Positions 1-10,306 of a stretch of 64,000 bases of DNA are shown piece by piece; position 1 is the first letter of the stretch, and the number at the start of each line of letters is the position of its first letter. This DNA comes from an uncultured Gemmatimonadaceae bacterium (lineage in GTDB: Bacteria > Gemmatimonadota > Gemmatimonadetes > Gemmatimonadales > Gemmatimonadaceae): positions 832,001 to 896,000 of the forward strand of contig CAWHHI010000016.1 of the NCBI GenBank assembly GCA_963829055.1. The letters run 5' to 3'. The notes beneath the pieces are model-generated. The model had not been told where the DNA came from. It saw only the letters and a program-made list of their open reading frames with translations, and ran no database searches. The translations under genes were made by a program, and so were the position numbers.

Positions 1-805
1 CGGCCACGAGCGCGAGACCGCCATAACGCCGCCGGGTCCGCTTGCGCCAGATCTCCTCGAATCCTGGTTGAGTCAGGCCGTAGGCCGCGCGCACGGCGGT
101 CTCGAACCGACCGCTCTGCTTCCAGTACTTGAAGAACAGCGTTAGGCCCCGTTCGGGATCCTGCGCCGCAAGCTCGGCCACCGCGCGATATGCCAGCGCA
201 TACGTCCCCTCGGCGCGCAGCGACCCGCCGGCGAAACCGTTATCGAGCGAATCGAGCGACGGCATTCCGCGGAACAGCAGAACGAGGTTCGCTCCCAGAA
301 TCGCGTCGCGCGCGACCTCGTTCGCGGCATAGCTCGCGTACCCTTCGTCGAACCACCGCGGCGGCAGCTCGCCGAGCGCCTCGTGCAACGCGAGATGCGC
401 GAGCTCATGGCGGAGCACCTCGATGGGGTCACCGGCGTCGGATCCAGCGCCGCGCCCCTGCATCACGATGCGGTTCGACTCCGGGAACGCGACGGCAGCC
501 CCCCATTCGGGCGCCGTCGGACCGATCCACTGGCGAAACCGCTCACGATCCGGCGCGACGGCAATGACGACGCGATTGGACGGCCGCGGTAATCCGGGGA
601 AGGTGTCACGCGCGGTCGCCGACGCGAGAAGCGACTTCGCCAGCTGTTCATCCTGAGGATACGCGGCGACAGTGAATCGGCCGCGGTCGAAGCGCATTGC
701 TTGCTGCTGCGCGCGCGCCAAGCTCGGCACGCACAGAAGAACGCCAATAAGCGCGCGCAGCAGCCGCGGGAATCGGGAATCGGGAATCGGGAATCGCGGC
801 CGCAT
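1..805 (-). CDS. Secreted zinc metallopeptidase-like protein (Peptidase MA-like), runs off the window start
   Basis: Manual translation from ATG 805: MRPRFPIPDSRFPRLLRALIGVLLCVPSLARAQQQ (signal-like) ... VLRHELAHLALHE ... PRWFDEGYA (HExxH plus downstream E). Absent from the ORF track because the 3' end is outside the window. Confidence 0.75.
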   Translation of the reverse strand, partial: MRPRFPIPDSRFPRLLRALIGVLLCVPSLARAQQQAMRFDRGRFTVAAYPQDEQLAKSLLASATARDTFPGLPRPSNRVVIAVAPDRERFRQWIGPTAPEWGAAVAFPESNRIVMQGRGAGSDAGDPIEVLRHELAHLALHEALGELPPRWFDEGYASYAANEVARDAILGANLVLLFRGMPSLDSLDNGFAGGSLRAEGTYALAYRAVAELAAQDPERGLTLFFKYWKQSGRFETAVRAAYGLTQPGFEEIWRKRTRRRYGGLALVA

Positions 806-844
806 GTTGCTTGGATTCCCGATTCCCGATTCCCGATTCCCGAT
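768..844. repeat. Inverted heptamer arrays (GGGAATC)4 ... (GATTCCC)4
   Basis: Read directly; the arms are reverse complements around a short spacer. Confidence 0.9.
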
Positions 845-1692
845 CAGTCCGGCGTCCCTCCGGCTTCCACGCGAGCCAATACCTCTGCGCACCGCTTTCC
901 CCATGGATTGAACTTGTTCGCCGCCGCACCGGCGCGCCAAGCCTCGCGCGCGTCATCCGGTTGTTCGGCCAACCAATGCGCACGACCGAGCTCGTAGTAC
1001 GCCTCGAGGAGGTTCGGGCCAAGCGAGAGGCTCTTCCGGAAAAACGTCTGCGCGTCCTCGTACATCTCGCGCTCGAGGTACACGAGACCGAGGTAGTAGT
1101 GCGCGTACAGCGTCGCTTTCGCGTCATTGTCGAGGCGGATCGCCTTCGACAGGTGCTCGATGGCCTCGCCGAAGATGCGCTTCTTCAGACAGATGTACCC
1201 GACGTTGATGCGCGCCAGCGCGTTCGCCGGCTCCTTCATCAGCACGCGCTGGAAGTTCATCAAGGCGTCGTCGTACTTCTCCTGATGCATCTGCGCCCAG
1301 CCGAGCAGCGAGATCGCCTGCGGATCGTTAGGCGAGAGCTCCAGCGCCTTGCCCAGCGCCGCCTCGGCGGCCGGGTAGTCGCCGAGCGAGATGCGCGACC
1401 ATCCTTTCTCGATGAACGTGGATGCGCCAATGTGATCGGCACGCAGCGGTGGGGCGACGGGTTGCGGGCCGGTCGGATACGCGGCACCGCCCGCCGTTTT
1501 CCACCGTTCCGCGAGCTTCTTCACATCCTCTTTGAGGGCCGCGAGCTCGGTGATCTCGCGCTCGACGCCGCGGAACAGCTCGATGATCTCCGCCTTGAGC
1601 GCGGCACGATCGGTCGACGCGTCGGCGGCATCCAGGCGCGCCGACAGTTCGGCATATCGCGCACGCAGGTCGCCGGCGGGCACGTCAGGCAT
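844..1692 (-). CDS. TPR repeat protein with N-terminal coiled coil
   Basis: ORF 844..1872, likely start ATG 1692 (MPDVPAG). Multiple TPRs (AISLLGWAQM, ARINVGYICL, AHYYLGLVYL, AYYELGRAHW). Confidence 0.8.
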   Translation of the reverse strand: MPDVPAGDLRARYAELSARLDAADASTDRAALKAEIIELFRGVEREITELAALKEDVKKLAERWKTAGGAAYPTGPQPVAPPLRADHIGASTFIEKGWSRISLGDYPAAEAALGKALELSPNDPQAISLLGWAQMHQEKYDDALMNFQRVLMKEPANALARINVGYICLKKRIFGEAIEHLSKAIRLDNDAKATLYAHYYLGLVYLEREMYEDAQTFFRKSLSLGPNLLEAYYELGRAHWLAEQPDDAREAWRAGAAANKFNPWGKRCAEVLARVEAGGTPD

Positions 1693-2170
1693 TCCGTGCC
1701 GGCTCCTCCGACGGTCGCTCGAGCACGATGCGCTCGTCAGTTGAAAACAGGCGTGGCACATCGAGAAATATGACCAGGCGCTCCCCGCGACGCACGACAC
1801 CGCGCAGGTAGCTCGCGGCGAGGCCGCGGAACAGCGTTGGCGGCGGAGCGAGCCGCGCGGCGTCGAGCACACTCACGTCCAGCACGCCGTCTACCGTTGC
1901 GGCAACCCACTCGTCATCGACGGTCAGCACGAGGATGCGCGCATCGCTCGGAATGGGCGCAGCGGGCAGCTCGAACCGCTTGCGCAGATTGATCACCGGG
2001 ACGACCCGCCCCTGATAGTCGATGACGCCTTCGATCCAGGGCGGGACGTTAGGCACCGGCGTCGGTGCTGCATAGCGAAGCACGCGCTCCACCGAGAAGA
2101 TGTCGGCGGCGAACAGCTCGTCGCCGAGGCGGAACGTCACGATCTGTGACGCGGTCGCGGGTGCGGTCAT
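1685..2170 (-). CDS. cheW: Chemotaxis coupling protein CheW
   Basis: IVTFRLGDELFAADI ... VPNVPPWIEGVIDYQGRVVPVINL CheW signature. Confidence 0.9.
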   Translation of the reverse strand: MTAPATASQIVTFRLGDELFAADIFSVERVLRYAAPTPVPNVPPWIEGVIDYQGRVVPVINLRKRFELPAAPIPSDARILVLTVDDEWVAATVDGVLDVSVLDAARLAPPPTLFRGLAASYLRGVVRRGERLVIFLDVPRLFSTDERIVLERPSEEPARNA

Positions 2171-2883
2171 AACGAGTCCGGTGAAGCGACGGCGAGGCAG
2201 GTGTCCACGACGACATCGGCGTCGAGCAACGTCACGAGCTCGGTGCCACGCCAGACGACACCGAGCACCATGCCGTCGGCGTCAGTATTGGGTACCGGGC
2301 GCACCGTGTCGAGGGACACATCGAAGACGTCATCGACGGCGTCCACGGCCAGCGCTATCCGTGTGGCCGAGGGACGCATAACGAGCGTCATCGTGGGGCT
2401 GCCCATCGACGGGACGGCGAGCACTCGCGCGAGCGCGTACATGGGCAGGGTGCGGTCGCGCAGCGCGAAGATCCCGAGCATCGCCGGGGGAGCGTCGGGG
2501 ATGGCGCGGGCGTCCACGCCCTCTACAGCCTCCTCCACCGCTCGGAGCTCCGTGGCGAACAGCTCCAGCCCTACGCGAAACACGAGTAGATCCGCGTGCC
2601 CCTCCCGCGCCGCAATACGTTCGCGGAACGGCGTGACCGGCGCTGGCGGCGCCGCGAGCTCGAACGGCGGAAGCTCGGTATCGAACTCCTTCGGTCGAGG
2701 CTGCCCGTTGTTCAGTGAGAGTGCCAACGTGCGCAGCGTCATCCGAGCCGCGTGGTCGGCGCGGCTCAACGCTCCCGGCCCGCGCTCGGAGGGCGCAGGG
2801 ATCGCGAGGACAGGCTCGTGGGGGGTCTTTCGACGGAGGCGTGGCATTACCTCAAAGGACAGTCGTGCGATAGGACGCGTCAC
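2167..2883 (-). CDS. cheW: CheW-domain protein with N-terminal extension
   Basis: LLVFRVGLELFATEL ... IPDAPPAMLGIFALRDRTLP; about 95 aa precede the domain, start uncertain. Confidence 0.8.
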   Translation of the reverse strand: MTRPIARLSFEVMPRLRRKTPHEPVLAIPAPSERGPGALSRADHAARMTLRTLALSLNNGQPRPKEFDTELPPFELAAPPAPVTPFRERIAAREGHADLLVFRVGLELFATELRAVEEAVEGVDARAIPDAPPAMLGIFALRDRTLPMYALARVLAVPSMGSPTMTLVMRPSATRIALAVDAVDDVFDVSLDTVRPVPNTDADGMVLGVVWRGTELVTLLDADVVVDTCLAVASPDSL

Positions 2884-2916
2884 GGGTGACGCCTGGCGGC
2901 GGATGTCCTGCGTGAC

Positions 2917-3990
2917 CTATGCCACACTCGCGCGCGTTCGACCGACCGCGGCGCTGATTTCCGCACCGATGTCCGCGAGCGGCAGCATCCGATCGGCGCC
3001 CGCCGTCGCCAGTGCGGCCTGCGGCATTCCATACACGATCGACGTCGCCTTGTCCTGCACGATGGCGTACCCTCCCCTGTCGCGGATCGCCCGGAGACCC
3101 TCCGCGCCATCACGCCCCATGCCGGTGAGCACGACGCCGACGACTCGCGCGCCGAAGCGCTGGGCCGCCGACCGGAACAACGGATCCGCCGAGGGGCGGA
3201 CCCCCCAGATGGGAGGCGTCTGATCCAGCGCGATCACCGGAGCTCCGGACACGTCGATGACACGCATGTGCATGCCGCCAGGCGCGACGTACACGCGCCC
3301 GTGCTCGATCCGGTCACCGTGGCGTGCTTCCGTCACGCCTAACGCGCTCATCGCGTTGAGCCGCGTCGCGAGGCTGGTCGTGAAGCCGGCCGGCATGTGC
3401 TGCACGACGAGCACCGCGGCATCCATGCCAGCCCGCAGCCTCGGAATCACTTCCGCGAGCGCACGCGGTCCGCCGGTCGATGCCGCGATGACGACGGCCT
3501 GCGTCGCCGCACCGCGCTCGACGAGCGTCGCGCCTCGCTGGACGAGGGACGGGCGTGCGAGCATCGGCACGCCGCGGAGGTTCACGCATGACGCAGCGCG
3601 CAGCGCATCCAGCAAGCGCGCGCCGAGCAGCTCGGCGGTGTCGCGCGCCGACCCATTCGGCTTGTGCACGAAATCGACGGCGCCGAGCTCGAGCGCGCGG
3701 ATCGTGAGCTCTCCACCGTTAGGCGAATCGAGGGCGCTCAGCATCACCACGGGACGCGGCGTCTCGCTCATGATGTAGCCGAGCGCCTGGAGGCCGTCCA
3801 GCTCGGGCATCTCGATGTCGAGCGTGACGATCTCGGGGTCGAGCGCGTGGATCTGCTTCAGCGCGTCATGGCCATTGCGTGCCGTGCCGACGACGCGGAA
3901 CTCGCCGCTCGTCGACAGAATCTCGCTGACCATCTTCCGCATGAACGCACTGTCGTCGACGACAAGGACAGTGCGTGGACTAGAGGACAC
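2917..3990 (-). CDS. cheB: Chemotaxis methylesterase response regulator CheB
   Basis: Receiver VLVVDDS...TLDIEMP; catalytic motifs ASTGGP, VQHMP, LTGMGRDG. Confidence 0.95.
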   Translation of the reverse strand: MSSSPRTVLVVDDSAFMRKMVSEILSTSGEFRVVGTARNGHDALKQIHALDPEIVTLDIEMPELDGLQALGYIMSETPRPVVMLSALDSPNGGELTIRALELGAVDFVHKPNGSARDTAELLGARLLDALRAASCVNLRGVPMLARPSLVQRGATLVERGAATQAVVIAASTGGPRALAEVIPRLRAGMDAAVLVVQHMPAGFTTSLATRLNAMSALGVTEARHGDRIEHGRVYVAPGGMHMRVIDVSGAPVIALDQTPPIWGVRPSADPLFRSAAQRFGARVVGVVLTGMGRDGAEGLRAIRDRGGYAIVQDKATSIVYGMPQAALATAGADRMLPLADIGAEISAAVGRTRASVA

Positions 3991-4498
3991 GCTCTCCCAT
4001 CTTGAGCGACTTCACGACCACGCGGCCATCCGTGACGTGGAAGTACACGCTCCGCCCGTGCTCACCGCCCGTGTCGGACGCGACGAGGGGAATCTCGGCC
4101 AGCCGAAGCACGCGCTTCGTGGCTTCGACGTTACGCTCGCCCATGTTGATACCACCGGACGGCAGCAACGACGCGAACATGCTCGCGCCGCCTACGATCT
4201 TCGCCATCGGCCGCCCCCAGGCGCCGCGCTTCCGCATCTCCTCGACGAGCATCGGGATTGCCGTCGACGGGAACTTCGCGCGGTTTTCGCTGTCGAGCGA
4301 AAGCCCTTCGCTGGGGAGCAGGATGTGCGCGAGACCACCAATCCGCGACGAGCCGTCGTAGAGCATGATGGCCACGCACGAGCCCAACCCGATGGTCGAG
4401 ATGATCGATTCGCCGTTCGCCACGGCGTAGTCGGCGACCTTGACCCGGATCTCCTGCACTTTCGGATCGGTCACATTGGGCTCATTCACGTTAGGCAC
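3980..4498 (-). CDS. cheD: Chemoreceptor glutamine deamidase CheD
   Basis: TIGLGSCVAI, GGLAHILLP, AKIVGGASMF, MGERN, DTGGEHGR. Confidence 0.92.
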   Translation of the reverse strand: MPNVNEPNVTDPKVQEIRVKVADYAVANGESIISTIGLGSCVAIMLYDGSSRIGGLAHILLPSEGLSLDSENRAKFPSTAIPMLVEEMRKRGAWGRPMAKIVGGASMFASLLPSGGINMGERNVEATKRVLRLAEIPLVASDTGGEHGRSVYFHVTDGRVVVKSLKMGERVL

Positions 4499-4500
4499 GG

Positions 4501-5319
4501 CTACCGGCGACGAAAGATGCGCTCACGCGGATCGACTGCGGCGAACAGGGAACGAGTCGGGCCCAACAACGTTTCGACCTTACCGAGAATCAGAAAGCCA
4601 CCCGGCGCCAGCGCATCGTAGAAGCGCTGGAAGAGATGCTCCTGCGTTGCACGGTCGAAGTAGATCAGGACGTTACGACAGGTGATGAACTGCATACCGC
4701 CCGGAGACGGATCGACGATCAGATCGCGCCGCTCGAACGACACGAGCGGCCGCACCTCCGGCACGACCTCGAACGGCGGTCGCAGGGAGAAGTAACGGCG
4801 TCGGATATCATCGGGCGTATCGGCGAATGCAGCCTCGGCGAACTGCCCGCGGCGCGCAGCCTCGAGGCTCGCGCGATCGATGTCCGACGCCAGCACCTGC
4901 ACGCGCGACGCGTCGGCCGTTTCACCCCGCATCGCCGCGTGGCGATGCAGCAGAATTGCCAGCGAGTACGGCTCTTCGCCCGACGAGCAGCCCGCGCTCC
5001 ACCCACGGATGGGACGCGTAGCCCCCTCCCAGAGTATCGGCACCACGAGGCGCGCCATGGCATCGAACGTCGACCAGTTTCGGAAAAGTTTGGTGACGTT
5101 AATGGTCAGCGTATCGATCAGCCGTTCGTACTCGACGGCGTCGCGATCGAGGAGCGCAGCGTAGTCGGAGAACACGTGAACGCCTCGCGCGCGCATGCGG
5201 ACGGCAATGCGGCGCCGGAGGCACTTCTCCTTGTAGCTCGAGCAGCCGAACGCGCGCTCGCGGGCGATCTTTGCCGTCAGCGCGGCGAATCCGGCGTCAT
5301 CGACCTCGGTCGTCATCAT
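4501..5319 (-). CDS. cheR: Chemotaxis methyltransferase CheR
   Basis: TINVTKLFR, WSAGCSSGEEPYS, CRNVLIYF. Confidence 0.95.
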   Translation of the reverse strand: MMTTEVDDAGFAALTAKIARERAFGCSSYKEKCLRRRIAVRMRARGVHVFSDYAALLDRDAVEYERLIDTLTINVTKLFRNWSTFDAMARLVVPILWEGATRPIRGWSAGCSSGEEPYSLAILLHRHAAMRGETADASRVQVLASDIDRASLEAARRGQFAEAAFADTPDDIRRRYFSLRPPFEVVPEVRPLVSFERRDLIVDPSPGGMQFITCRNVLIYFDRATQEHLFQRFYDALAPGGFLILGKVETLLGPTRSLFAAVDPRERIFRRR

Positions 5320-6933
5320 CCCGAGGTTCTCGCCGTCTCCAGATTCGTGCGCGCAATCGCATTCGTCGGCTCGAGCTCGAGCGCGCGCTTCCAGCAGCGG
5401 TTTGCTTCTTCGCGCTCCTGCCGGCGATACCGGAGGTTGCCGAGCTTGAGGTAGACGTCGGCGCCAAGGTTCGGGCGGTGCTTCACGGCGCGGAGGTAGG
5501 ACTCGAGCGCGTCGTCGTAGCGGCCCGACCGGTAGTAGCTGTCGCCGAGATTCTTGTGCAGCTGCGGCAGCGTCGCGTCCTCGAGCGCGCCTCGCTCGAA
5601 GGCCACGGCGGCATCCGGGTTCCGGCCGCGACGCTCGAGGGCGACGCCGAGGTTGTTGAGCAACACCGCCGAGTGCGGATGCGCACTCACACCATTCGAT
5701 AGCAAGGCGATGGCGCGATCGATGTCATTTGCCAGCGCCGCGGTGAGCGCCGCGTAGTGGAACCACGCCGCGGGCTTCGGCCGACGATCCCAGAGCGCCG
5801 CCGCGTCGTTCATCGCGGCGTCCGCCTCGGCGATGTCGCCGCGCCGCAGCGCGAGCACGCCCGCCGCGAGACGCGTGCGTGGATCGTGACCGCCGACGCG
5901 AACGGCCTGCGCCAGCACATCGGCCGCTTCGTCGTACCGTCCGAGACGCTCCAGCGCGTACGCCAGATTGTGATAAACGGCCGGATTGATCGCGCGGCGT
6001 GACACCATCTGCTGGAACAGCGTGACGCCGTCCTGCCATCGCCCCTGTCGCAGCAGCACGAGTCCGGCGTAGAACGTCGCGAGCTCATCGCCCGGACGCA
6101 GCTCGTTCACGCGCCGGAATTCGCGCACGGCTTCGTCGAACATGCCGGCCTTGTAGAACGCGACGCCCAGGTTGCGATGCTCGGCCACACGCGACTCGGA
6201 CGTGACAGCTTCGACGGGCTTCGTCCGACCGACGCGGTGCAGGAAGCCCGCGGTGATGAGACCGTACAGCGCTTTCCCGACGTCGAACTCGCACGAGCCC
6301 GGATTCGTCCACGAGACCGGTGACATCGCGCTTGCCGTCGACGAGCGAGACGAGCGTCTCCTGCTCCGCCGTGAGCGTGGGGGCGCTGTCGGCGAGCCTG
6401 ACGCGATCGACCTCGAAGACGAGGTCGAAGCTCGGAATCTTCTTCTCGATCAGACTCCATTCGTCCACCCGTCGCGCGCCTTCGAGCAGCAGCGACTCTG
6501 GATTGATGGAGACGAGAAAGTCCTGCTCGTCAGGCGCGACGTCCGCCTCGAAGTTGAACGTGCCCTGATTCCACGTGAACAGGTAGAACACCGCCTCTTC
6601 GATCTGCAGGCGGATGTAGCGATGCAGTTCCTCCCGTGCGATGAACTCGCGCTCGACGAGGATCTCGCCGAGCCGCGTGTCGCGCTGCGTGTTCTGTCCG
6701 GCGACCGCCTCGTCGAGCTGCGCCTGGGTGATCAGGCCATTCTTCACGAGGATGTCGCCGAGTCGATCGCGGCGGTTCACGATCGACGCGTAGCAGATGC
6801 GACCCTTGTCGAAATAGATGTAGCCGAAGCTCTGGCGATGGGTGACGCTCAGGCAGCCGCTCTTCTTGCCCATGGAGAGCAGCTGCAACACGTCCGGGAG
6901 ACTCGCCTCGCTGAGGCTTCCCTTGATGGCCAT
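5316..6933 (-). CDS. DUF4388 (PATAN)-MshEN-like-TPR protein; one indel near 6295
   Basis: N-terminal [19 protein letters not shown] ... LLLEGARRVDEW (ORF 6085..6933) continues as EFDVGKALYGL plus TPRs (ORF 5316..6326). Confidence 0.8.
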
Positions 6934-8855
6934 CAGCGCAGTTCCTCGATGACACGGCCATCCAGATCAGGCCATTCCATCACGATCTTTTCCGCGTCGA
7001 GGAACGACTTGTCCCCGATGGTCGGGACGGACACCGGCGTGGCGGCGCCACCGGAGTTGAGCTCACGCCTAACGATGGACATGGTGATCGGCCCGCCAGC
7101 GGCGCGCGCGGAGTGGGCGACGCGGTCGACGACCGACTCCACCTCGCCAGCACCCGACACCGGCAGCTCGGCGAGTAGCGCCGCCACGCCAGGCTCGGCG
7201 TCAGGCGCTCGATCCATGAGCATGCGCGAGTACAGCGCCTCGCGTAGCGTGCGATCCGGCGGCTGGATCGCGACCACGAGGCCGCCGTCGAAGCGCGACC
7301 GAAGGCGCGCCTCGAGCTCCCCGATCTCGGACGGTGGCCGATCGCTCGCGAGCACGACCTGCCGACCCGCGCTGTGAAGCGCGTTGAACAGGTGGAACAG
7401 CTCTTCCTGCGATCGCTCTTTCCCCGCCAGCGCATGGACGTCATCGACGATGAGCGCGCCCGCGGCGCGATAGCGCGAGCGCCACCGGTCGACGGTGCCT
7501 CCCTGTAGCGCGGCGATCAGCTCATCGACGAACTGCGAACCGCTCACGCACGCGACGGGGCCCGACAGCCCTTCCTTCCGACGCAGCGCGTTGCCGACGG
7601 CGTGGACGAGATGCGTCTTGCCCACGCCCGGGCCGCCGTGCACGAACAGTGGATTGTACTGCGAGCCGGGCGCGTTGACAGCCGCGTCCGCGGCGCGCAG
7701 CGCAAGCTGATTGGACTTGCCCGCGAGGAGTGTCTCGAGCGTGTAGGCTGGCCACGGAGCAGGCGGTGGATCGTGAGCGGCGATCGCCTGCTCGACACGC
7801 ACCTCCGCTTCCGCAACGCGCTGTGGGTCGCGAAAGACGTCGAGGCCGGCGAGTCGCGGATCCAGCAGCACGGCCTGCGCCTCGAGTTGTTCGAGACGAG
7901 TCACGCCGCTCGCGAACGCGGCGTCGAGCGCATCCACGTCCGCTTCTTCGGTCAGCGAGAGCGCGCGGTCCAGCATCGTCGTCCGGTAGCCAGCCTTCTG
8001 CCAGTGTGCGATACGCTCGCCGAGTCGCACGCGCCACCCTTCGACGTGCTGGGCGACAGCGACCGCGATGTCCGACAGGAAACCAGCAAACTCGTCGCTC
8101 GCCCCGGGTGTCGCACCGCCGAACTCGGGCGTCACGCGCGCCCCGGAAATGATCGCCCGGACGTTCGCGGGCGTCACGGTGCGCTCGCCTAACGCTTCGT
8201 GGGCCGCCAGCCGGTTGAGCGCGCCCTGCAGCTCGCGCACGCTGCCGCACGGCAGGCGCGCGAGCTCCTCGAGCACACCATTCGCGAACGTCATCTCCCG
8301 TTCCGCGCACTTGTTGCGGAGAATCGCGACGCGGGTTTCGTATTCCGGCAGGCCGATGTCCACGATCAACCCACCGGCGAGGCGCGTCACCAGGCGCTCG
8401 TCGACGTCGGCGATCTCCGACGGAGGCCGATCGCTCGCCATGATGATCTGACGCCCACTGCCCTGCAGCGAGTTGAAGATGCGGAGCATCTCGCTCTGCG
8501 TCTCGCGGCGGCCGGTGAGGAACTGGACGTCATCGAGCAGCAGCAGATCGACGCGCTGGTACAGCTGCTTGAACGCTTCCGCGTGGCCGGCGGAAATCGC
8601 GATGTGGAGTCGGTCGACGAAGTCATCGAGCGGCACGTACTCGATGACGAGCTCCGGCTGCAGCTGCTTGGCGGCGAACCCGATGGCGCCGATCAGGTGC
8701 GTCTTGCCGAGGCCGGACGGGCTGTAGATGAAGAGCGGGTTGTACGTGGCTCCGGGCGACTCCGCGACGGCGCGGCCGGCCGCGACCGCGAGGCGGTTCG
8801 ACGCGCCGACGACGTAGTTGTCGAATCGAAATCGTCCGTCCAGGAGCAGACTCAT
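6933..8855 (-). CDS. Tandem DnaA/Hda-type AAA+ ATPase without DnaA DNA-binding domain
   Basis: Two modules: [34 protein letters not shown] and [30 protein letters not shown]. No DnaA domain I or IV seen. Confidence 0.85.
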   Translation of the reverse strand: MSLLLDGRFRFDNYVVGASNRLAVAAGRAVAESPGATYNPLFIYSPSGLGKTHLIGAIGFAAKQLQPELVIEYVPLDDFVDRLHIAISAGHAEAFKQLYQRVDLLLLDDVQFLTGRRETQSEMLRIFNSLQGSGRQIIMASDRPPSEIADVDERLVTRLAGGLIVDIGLPEYETRVAILRNKCAEREMTFANGVLEELARLPCGSVRELQGALNRLAAHEALGERTVTPANVRAIISGARVTPEFGGATPGASDEFAGFLSDIAVAVAQHVEGWRVRLGERIAHWQKAGYRTTMLDRALSLTEEADVDALDAAFASGVTRLEQLEAQAVLLDPRLAGLDVFRDPQRVAEAEVRVEQAIAAHDPPPAPWPAYTLETLLAGKSNQLALRAADAAVNAPGSQYNPLFVHGGPGVGKTHLVHAVGNALRRKEGLSGPVACVSGSQFVDELIAALQGGTVDRWRSRYRAAGALIVDDVHALAGKERSQEELFHLFNALHSAGRQVVLASDRPPSEIGELEARLRSRFDGGLVVAIQPPDRTLREALYSRMLMDRAPDAEPGVAALLAELPVSGAGEVESVVDRVAHSARAAGGPITMSIVRRELNSGGAATPVSVPTIGDKSFLDAEKIVMEWPDLDGRVIEELR

Positions 8856-9469
8856 CGTCCCACGGCCACACTCGGCGCAGTGGTCCCGCTCAGGCGGCGC
8901 AGCACGAGCTCCGAAATGCTGCGCAGCGTCTCGAAGACGCCGGTGCCGCGAAGGGCATCGCCGGCGTGAAAGGGCACACCACGAAAGTTGATTGCATCGT
9001 CGAGCTCATCGACATCCACGATGAGCTCGCGAGGCAGATCCTGCTTGTTGTACTGGATGACGAGCGGAACATTCCGCGCGTCAATGCCCTGCTCCGCCAG
9101 ATTCGCGTGCAGGTCCTGCATGCTCTCGATGTTCTCATCGAGCTGGCGCCGCTGACTGTCTCCGACGAACACGACGCCGTCCGCGCCCTGCAGCACGAGC
9201 TTGCGCGTCGTCGCATAGTAGACCTGGCCGGGCACCGTGTACAACTGAAAGCGCGTCGTGAAGCCCGAGATCATCCCGAGGTCGAGCGGCAGGAAGTCGA
9301 AGAACAGCGTGCGGTCGGTTTGCGTCGCGAGCGAGACCATCGACCCTCGGCGCTCGGCCGGCACCTGGTTGTAGATGTAGTGCAGATTGCTCGTCTTGCC
9401 CGAACGGCCCGGCCCGTAATAGACGATCTTGCAGGTGATCTCGCGCGCGGCGTAGTTGACGAGGGACAT
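8852..9469 (-). CDS. mglA: MglA-family small GTPase
   Basis: [48 protein letters not shown]. Confidence 0.92.
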   Translation of the reverse strand: MSLVNYAAREITCKIVYYGPGRSGKTSNLHYIYNQVPAERRGSMVSLATQTDRTLFFDFLPLDLGMISGFTTRFQLYTVPGQVYYATTRKLVLQGADGVVFVGDSQRRQLDENIESMQDLHANLAEQGIDARNVPLVIQYNKQDLPRELIVDVDELDDAINFRGVPFHAGDALRGTGVFETLRSISELVLRRLSGTTAPSVAVGR

Positions 9470-9471
9470 GG

Positions 9472-9945
9472 TCAGATCCTGTCCGAACAACTTCGCCAGG
9501 TTGCGGTTGAGGTCCGACTCGAAGTCCACGAGACCCGGCGCGACGCTCGCGATCGCGGCCGATGGCGTCGCCGCGGCGAGGCGCGCGCCCAACTCCTTGA
9601 AGTAGAGCCGCACGAGGCCGATCGAGGTGGTGTCGTCGAACACGGTCAGAAGAATGTGCGCTCCACGCGCCGTTGGTAGCTCGCCAAGGAATATTTGTCG
9701 CTGGTTCCCGGGATGGTGCATCGTGGTGAATGCGGCTGCCATCGAGCTGCCGTCCGATCTCCGATCCGGTCGCGTGAATCGCCGCGGCGAGCGCGCAGGC
9801 GGACATGACGTCGATGCGAACGGGTGAACCCGTGTTGGGCAAGCACGCGTCCACTCGACTCGAGCAGCAGCACCAGCCTAACGCGCGAATCGTCGATGAA
9901 CCGGAGCAGCGGCTGCTCCATCCACTGCTCGACGGCGATTCTCAT
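9472..9945 (-). CDS. mglB: MglB-like roadblock protein (GAP partner); split by indels
   Basis: Joined frames: [16 protein letters not shown] / [14 protein letters not shown] / [18 protein letters not shown]; lies directly upstream of mglA. Confidence 0.75.
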
Positions 9946-9955
9946 GATCGCACGC

Positions 9956-10306
9956 TCACGTGAGCGCCCTCGCGGCGCGCATCATCTCGACCCGCAGAAG
10001 GCCGATGTTCGCGCGCGCTTCCGAGATCGTCACCAGCACGAGGTCGTCGCGGCCGGCAGCACAGATCCCGCCGCGTTCCGCGTCCAGGCGCAGGAACGTG
10101 ACGGTGCCACAACCGGCAGCACCACACGCGAGACGTGCCTTGCGATGCAGCGACGCAGCCAGCGCGGCGACGGCCTCGGCCTGGACGCCGATCTGCACGT
10201 TGGAGTCGATCGAGAGACCGTCGCGCTCCGAGACCACGAAGCTTCCCACCACGCCGCGGTGACGGGAGAGCATCGACAGGAGCTCCGCGTAAGGCGTCTT
10301 GTTCAT
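9956..10306 (-). CDS. Roadblock/LC7 domain protein
   Basis: GVVGSFVVSERDGLSI, AVAALAASL, ANIGLLRVEM. Confidence 0.8.
   Translation of the reverse strand: MNKTPYAELLSMLSRHRGVVGSFVVSERDGLSIDSNVQIGVQAEAVAALAASLHRKARLACGAAGCGTVTFLRLDAERGGICAAGRDDLVLVTISEARANIGLLRVEMMRAARALT

Noticed and set aside
6933..8855. True dnaA / replication origin
   Set aside because: No DNA-binding domain IV, no dnaN neighbour, and no DnaA-box cluster or AT-rich unwinding region seen.
8852..9742. Apparent MglB-MglA fusion ORF
   Set aside because: MglA has its typical own start at 9469 and a TGA lies just upstream in another frame. With the local indel rate a fusion is unsupported.
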